The translations under genes and the position numbers were made by a program. This document shows, in pieces, positions 59,502-64,000 of a stretch of 64,000 bases of DNA. Below the pieces are notes generated by a model that made no database searches, was not told the origin of the DNA, and saw only the letters and a list, made by a program, of their open reading frames with translations. Numbering within the stretch: position 1 is the first letter of the stretch; the number at the start of each line of letters is the position of its first letter. Source of the DNA: a virus (lineage: Duplodnaviria > Caudoviricetes); the IMG/VR virus record IMGVR_UViG_3300031555_004710, positions 32,001-96,000 of that record; one strand, 5' to 3'.

Positions 59502-62500
59502 GTGCCTAATATGCTTTTTGAGAATTATAGAGATAATTTAGTATATAATTCGCAATCTAAAATAAATTTTCCTCGTAGTGGTTTTAATTTAAAATTAGGT
59601 ACGGGGTCTGCACTATTTTTAATGTGCCCAAATCGTAATAAAGCAGTAGAAGCATTAAGTGACCCTATTATGAATCTAGTACCATCTTTAACAAAAAGAT
59701 TTGTTACTGATACTACTTATCGTGATAAAATCGGTACTAAGATCGTAATGAGTCTAGAACGCTCGACTACTGATAGATATTATCTAAAACAAAAAGATTT
59801 TCCATTATTTTATATTCCATATTCTAATAGAGCATCAGTATTAAGTAAAAAACTTAATATCGTTAATGATTTATCTAGATGGATGGAGATTTTCTTTTCT
59901 AGAATAGATAATCTGAGCACAAAGAAAATATGTAGTGAATTTATTAGAGTTCTTAAAGATAGATTAAACGACTCTAATTTCAATGGTTATGAAAAAACCT
60001 TAATATTTGATTTAAATTCTTGGTCTAATACTATAAAATCATGTATAATCATGAATAAGAAATTACTAAATAACCCACTGAGTATATTATTATTCTCAGC
60101 ATGTTATTTCCCGGAATTACTACAACAACTTCCAAATATTAGACTAATGATAATAAACCGTGCAAGTGGTCAAATATATTTAACAAGATTGGATTTTATT
60201 ACAAAAAATAATTATCCAAAGATTAAATCGAAATTAGGTGTATTTAAATCTATTATCTTTAGCGTTGAGGATGACTATAATCCAAACGCAGATTCTGAAA
60301 CTATTGAGGAAGAAGTTAAATCTGAAATACTCCATAGTTTTAAAGAAGATATTAAAAATAGACTTAGATACAACTTGCTTGGAAAAGGTGATGCTGATCC
60401 ATTCTCAGAGATTGAAGATATAACTTCCTCGACAGCCGAACCTTTTGATGATTTATTAAATGAATTAGAAACTTCTTTAGATGAAAATAAAGAAGACGAT
60501 GTAGCAACTCCAGAGTCAGAGTCAGATTCAACTTCACCTGACACATTTGGTGATTTTAATATTACTGATGAAGTATCGAGAGCTGTAGATGAAGCTTTTG
60601 ATGAAATAGATGATATTGATGAAATAGACCCTGAAGAGCTCACAATGACATTAGCTAATAAGGTTAAAAATGAAAAATATAAATCTACCTTTATTCCAGT
60701 AAGAAGTGAAAAAGAATTAGCTAAAATTGATAGATTAATGGCTGACCAATCTAAAGTTTTATCTATCCCAGATATAGATGATGTCAAACGTAAATCAATA
60801 TCTACTTCTACTACAGGGGGATTTATCAATACCACAAATCCTAATATAGTATCATCAAAATTTGTTAATTTTGATAAAGAGTATACTGAAAAGTGTCTCG
60901 TAAAGAATATTGATGATTCTGTAGCAATTTTATCAAAAGCATCTGATAAAATTTTCGTATCAGAGAAAATTGTAGAAGATAGCTCAACTCCAATGGATTT
61001 AAAAGAAACCTACACATATAAATTAGTTGGTGAAAAAGGAAATAAGATGACCGTATCTTTTGATGTTCCTAAAATAATCGACAATAGTTATGTGTACTTA
61101 AATGGAACGAAGAAGAATATTCGTCACCAATTTATATTAAAACCAATCGTAAAAACTGGACCAGATACAGTACAACTTGTAACTGCATATAATAAAGTTT
61201 TTATATATAGACGTGGTGCAGTAAATCAAAATATAAACAGGATTGACACTTATATGGAAAAGAATCCTGATAAATTTAAAGTTAAACTAGGTAACTGCTC
61301 AATGCAAAATGAAGGTTATATGGTTCCTTTAGATTTTTCAATGCTTTCTAGATATTTTTCTGAATTTACTATTGAAAATACTACTTTCTATATGTCAATC
61401 AATATATTAAAAGAAAGATATAAAAAACTTACAGGAAAAGATATTTCGTATGATGAAATTCATGAGATTCCTGTAGGAATTAATAAGAAAACTAAAGAAC
61501 CAGTTATACTTAAATTATCTGATTCTTATACAGATTTAGTATTCTCATATTTTAATGATGAAGATAAATCTAATATTTCTAAAATTAAACGTAAACCAAG
61601 ATTCGTTGTGGCATCAGCAAAAATAATGGGAAGATATCTCCCATTAATTCTATTCATGATGTTTTGTGAAGGTTTTTCTAAAGTAATGAAAAAAGCTAAT
61701 ATAAAATACGAATTTATTGATAAAAAACTTAGAAAAAACTATGATCCAATGAAATTTGATGCAATTGAATTAAACGATGGATATATTATGTGGGAAAAGA
61801 CACCGTTCAGAAATGAATTATTAATGAACGGGTTTAAGTATTGTGATTTATCAGATTTTGATTATGAAGACTTGGAATCTAAAGATACATTCATATCATT
61901 AATTTTCCCTTTCTATCCTGGTAATTCTAAAATATATAATGCACTTGATAACTATAGAGATTTCTTACTTGATGAGAAAGCTAAAGAAATACTTACCGAT
62001 TTTGGTTATCCTACAGATTTGGTATCTCTATTAGTTGTAGCAGCTGGACTTCTTACTGATACTAATTATCTTATCGAAAATAATATGAATAATATGAGAA
62101 TTCGTAGTAATGAAGTTATAGCTGATTTAGTATATAAAAATATTACAGCGGCTTATGCTGAATATAGAAATAGTGGAAAGAGATTATCTATTAAGAAATC
62201 TCAAATAATCGATGACTTATTAAATTCTGATACAAATATGATTGAAGAGTTTTCTAGTTTAAATCCTGTACTGGAATTAGAAAAACAAAGAGCAGTATCA
62301 TTTAAGGGTATTAGAGGAATACAGTTAGACCGAGCAATGACTCTTCCTAGAAGGGCTTATGATAAATCTATGGTTGGTACAATAGGAATGTCAACATCTC
62401 CTGATGCAAATGTCGGAGTTGTCCGCGAACTAACTTTAGAACCACAAATCACATCGACATATGGTTATATTGATACTAGTAAAAATGTTGATGAATTAAC

Positions 62501-63761
62501 CTCATCTAACTTATTTACAACTGCAGAATTACTTTCTCCATTGGGAGTAATGCATGATGACCCTGATAGAACTGCTATGAGTTACAAGCAGACAAAATAT
62601 ATGATACCAGTTCAAGATGCAGATCCTGTTCTTATAGGAAATAAAGTAGAATCAACTATACCATATTTATTATCAGATGAATTTGTCGTTGATGCTAAAG
62701 AAGATGGTAAAGTTCTGGATGTTTCAGATGGCTTCTGTGTTATTGAATATAAGTCTGGTAAAAAACAGGCTATCAATATTGCTCCACGAGCTCAGAAAAA
62801 TGCTTCTGCTGGTTTCTGGATAGATAATACGTTGGTATGTGATTTAAAACCTGGTGACAAATTTAAGCAAGGTCAAATATTAGCATATAATAATAAGCAT
62901 TTTACTAAGAATTCTGAGGATATGGGTGCTTCTATGAATTTAGGTGTACTATGTAAGATAGCAATCTCATCACAATGGGATGTGTTTGAAGATAGTGCTC
63001 CTATATCTAAAAGACTTTCAGAAAAACTTAGTTCCGAAATGGTTGATGAAAAGAGCTTAACATTTTCTCCATACACTTATATTGAATCTATTGCAAAAAT
63101 TGGTGATAAAGTAAATGCTGGTGATCCATTAATTATCTTCTCTGATGCAATGACAGCAGAAATGCAAAGGGCATTTACTTCTATGAGAGATGATAATAAA
63201 CAAGCAGTAATCGAATCATCAAAAACTACAATTCATAGTAAATATACCGGAGAAATTGTAGATATTAAAGTATATACAACTTCAGAACTCGACGAACTTG
63301 ATCCATCTTTAAGAAAAGTTGTAGAAGATTATTGGAAGAGAATCAAGAAAAGAAATAATATTCTTAATAAATATGCTAATGATGATGATTTAGAGTACTA
63401 TAAAGCTGGTCAAGTGATAAGTGAAGTTGCAGAAGTTGTAAAAATTGGTGATAATGGTAAGGTTCGAGGGGTTTCTATGAATCCTGGAGATGTATTAATC
63501 CTTTTCTACGTAAAATATAACGTACCTGCAAGTAAAGGTGATAAAGTTGTATGTAGTGTTTGTAAAGGTATTGTGTCTCATGTATTTGAAGAAGGGCTAG
63601 AACCATTCTCAGAATATAGAACAGACGAACCAATAGATACAATAGTTGCGCCTTTAGCAGTTGCGGCTAGAAAAGTTCCTGCAATATTTCTAACTATATT
63701 TGGTAATAAACTACTAATTGAACTGAAAAAACAATTAGAAGAAATATATTTAGATAATTAA
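59502..63761 (+). CDS. Virion RNA polymerase beta subunit, large N-terminal part (phiKZ gp178-like)
   Basis: TSPDANVGVVRELT, HDDPDRTAMSYKQ, FEDSA, GDK…KGIVS; ends before the RpoB C-terminal motifs; late promoter 59455-59466. Confidence 0.88.
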   Translation: MPNMLFENYRDNLVYNSQSKINFPRSGFNLKLGTGSALFLMCPNRNKAVEALSDPIMNLVPSLTKRFVTDTTYRDKIGTKIVMSLERSTTDRYYLKQKDFPLFYIPYSNRASVLSKKLNIVNDLSRWMEIFFSRIDNLSTKKICSEFIRVLKDRLNDSNFNGYEKTLIFDLNSWSNTIKSCIIMNKKLLNNPLSILLFSACYFPELLQQLPNIRLMIINRASGQIYLTRLDFITKNNYPKIKSKLGVFKSIIFSVEDDYNPNADSETIEEEVKSEILHSFKEDIKNRLRYNLLGKGDADPFSEIEDITSSTAEPFDDLLNELETSLDENKEDDVATPESESDSTSPDTFGDFNITDEVSRAVDEAFDEIDDIDEIDPEELTMTLANKVKNEKYKSTFIPVRSEKELAKIDRLMADQSKVLSIPDIDDVKRKSISTSTTGGFINTTNPNIVSSKFVNFDKEYTEKCLVKNIDDSVAILSKASDKIFVSEKIVEDSSTPMDLKETYTYKLVGEKGNKMTVSFDVPKIIDNSYVYLNGTKKNIRHQFILKPIVKTGPDTVQLVTAYNKVFIYRRGAVNQNINRIDTYMEKNPDKFKVKLGNCSMQNEGYMVPLDFSMLSRYFSEFTIENTTFYMSINILKERYKKLTGKDISYDEIHEIPVGINKKTKEPVILKLSDSYTDLVFSYFNDEDKSNISKIKRKPRFVVASAKIMGRYLPLILFMMFCEGFSKVMKKANIKYEFIDKKLRKNYDPMKFDAIELNDGYIMWEKTPFRNELLMNGFKYCDLSDFDYEDLESKDTFISLIFPFYPGNSKIYNALDNYRDFLLDEKAKEILTDFGYPTDLVSLLVVAAGLLTDTNYLIENNMNNMRIRSNEVIADLVYKNITAAYAEYRNSGKRLSIKKSQIIDDLLNSDTNMIEEFSSLNPVLELEKQRAVSFKGIRGIQLDRAMTLPRRAYDKSMVGTIGMSTSPDANVGVVRELTLEPQITSTYGYIDTSKNVDELTSSNLFTTAELLSPLGVMHDDPDRTAMSYKQTKYMIPVQDADPVLIGNKVESTIPYLLSDEFVVDAKEDGKVLDVSDGFCVIEYKSGKKQAINIAPRAQKNASAGFWIDNTLVCDLKPGDKFKQGQILAYNNKHFTKNSEDMGASMNLGVLCKIAISSQWDVFEDSAPISKRLSEKLSSEMVDEKSLTFSPYTYIESIAKIGDKVNAGDPLIIFSDAMTAEMQRAFTSMRDDNKQAVIESSKTTIHSKYTGEIVDIKVYTTSELDELDPSLRKVVEDYWKRIKKRNNILNKYANDDDLEYYKAGQVISEVAEVVKIGDNGKVRGVSMNPGDVLILFYVKYNVPASKGDKVVCSVCKGIVSHVFEEGLEPFSEYRTDEPIDTIVAPLAVAARKVPAIFLTIFGNKLLIELKKQLEEIYLDN

Positions 63762-63766
63762 AAATA

Positions 63767-63803
63767 ATTAGAGATGTAGATTCTATTCTACATCTCTAAT
63801 TTT
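63767..63803 (+). terminator. Intrinsic terminator
   Basis: ATTAGAGATGTAGA/TCTACATCTCTAAT followed by a T-tract. Confidence 0.75.
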
Positions 63804-63841
63804 ATTGATATATTATTATATTGAAGGAAGGAGTTGATGAT

Positions 63842-64000
63842 ATGATGGATAATATTAATTTTCGAATGCTTAAAAAGTCCGAGCAAAAATTTATTATAAA
63901 ACACGGATTATTTGAAAATATTGGAAAACCTATTAAACTTGGGGGCGATATATATTATCCCATTCTATATAGGAATTTATTTCTACGATATTATATTACA
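63842..64000 (+). CDS. Partial hypothetical early protein (runs off the window)
   Basis: TATATTAT at 63809-63816, AAGGAG RBS, frame open to the window end. Confidence 0.7.
   Translation, partial: MMDNINFRMLKKSEQKFIIKHGLFENIGKPIKLGGDIYYPILYRNLFLRYYIT

Noticed and set aside
59502-63761. Bacterial rpoB, recA and ftsZ indicating a host chromosome
   Set aside because: Highly divergent split subunits, no bacterial operon context, surrounded by virion genes
1-64000. Stop-codon reassignment, tRNA/rRNA genes, transposases
   Set aside because: The standard code gives dense full-length genes; no cloverleaf, rRNA or transposase was recognised

Overview
This is a very AT-rich, densely coding 64-kb segment of a jumbo myovirus of the phiKZ/AR9 (PBS1) supergroup. 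The host is almost certainly a spore-forming Firmicute (strong AGGAGG ribosome-binding sites, a SpoIIID homolog, SH3/C39/M23 cell-wall domains). Lineage markers are split multisubunit RNA polymerases (virion beta-N 59502-63761, virion beta-C 26638-27375, non-virion beta-C 17211-19889), a tubulin/FtsZ-family GTPase, RecA-like, SbcC, SF2 helicase and RusA genes, baseplate and tail-fibre genes, and a 3925-aa tape-measure-like multi-hydrolase. Two promoter classes can be read from the sequence: late AACA-N6-TA and early TATATTAT. The most interesting signal is an apparent RNA-based translational control layer. It comprises two ORF-free structured transcription units behind late promoters (about 1094-1275 and 36286-36602), the first exposing anti-Shine-Dalgarno segments complementary to phage RBSs, plus two long early-gene leaders that carry their own anti-RBS (tubulin gene and an acidic protein gene). 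Other notable items are a probable -1 frameshift in the gp26/gp51-like gene, a phage PPK1, a late SpoIIID homolog, an FtsZ-like C-terminal peptide on the tubulin, and repeated G-[YF]-G motifs in the giant protein. All family calls are by motif recognition from memory; no searches were run.
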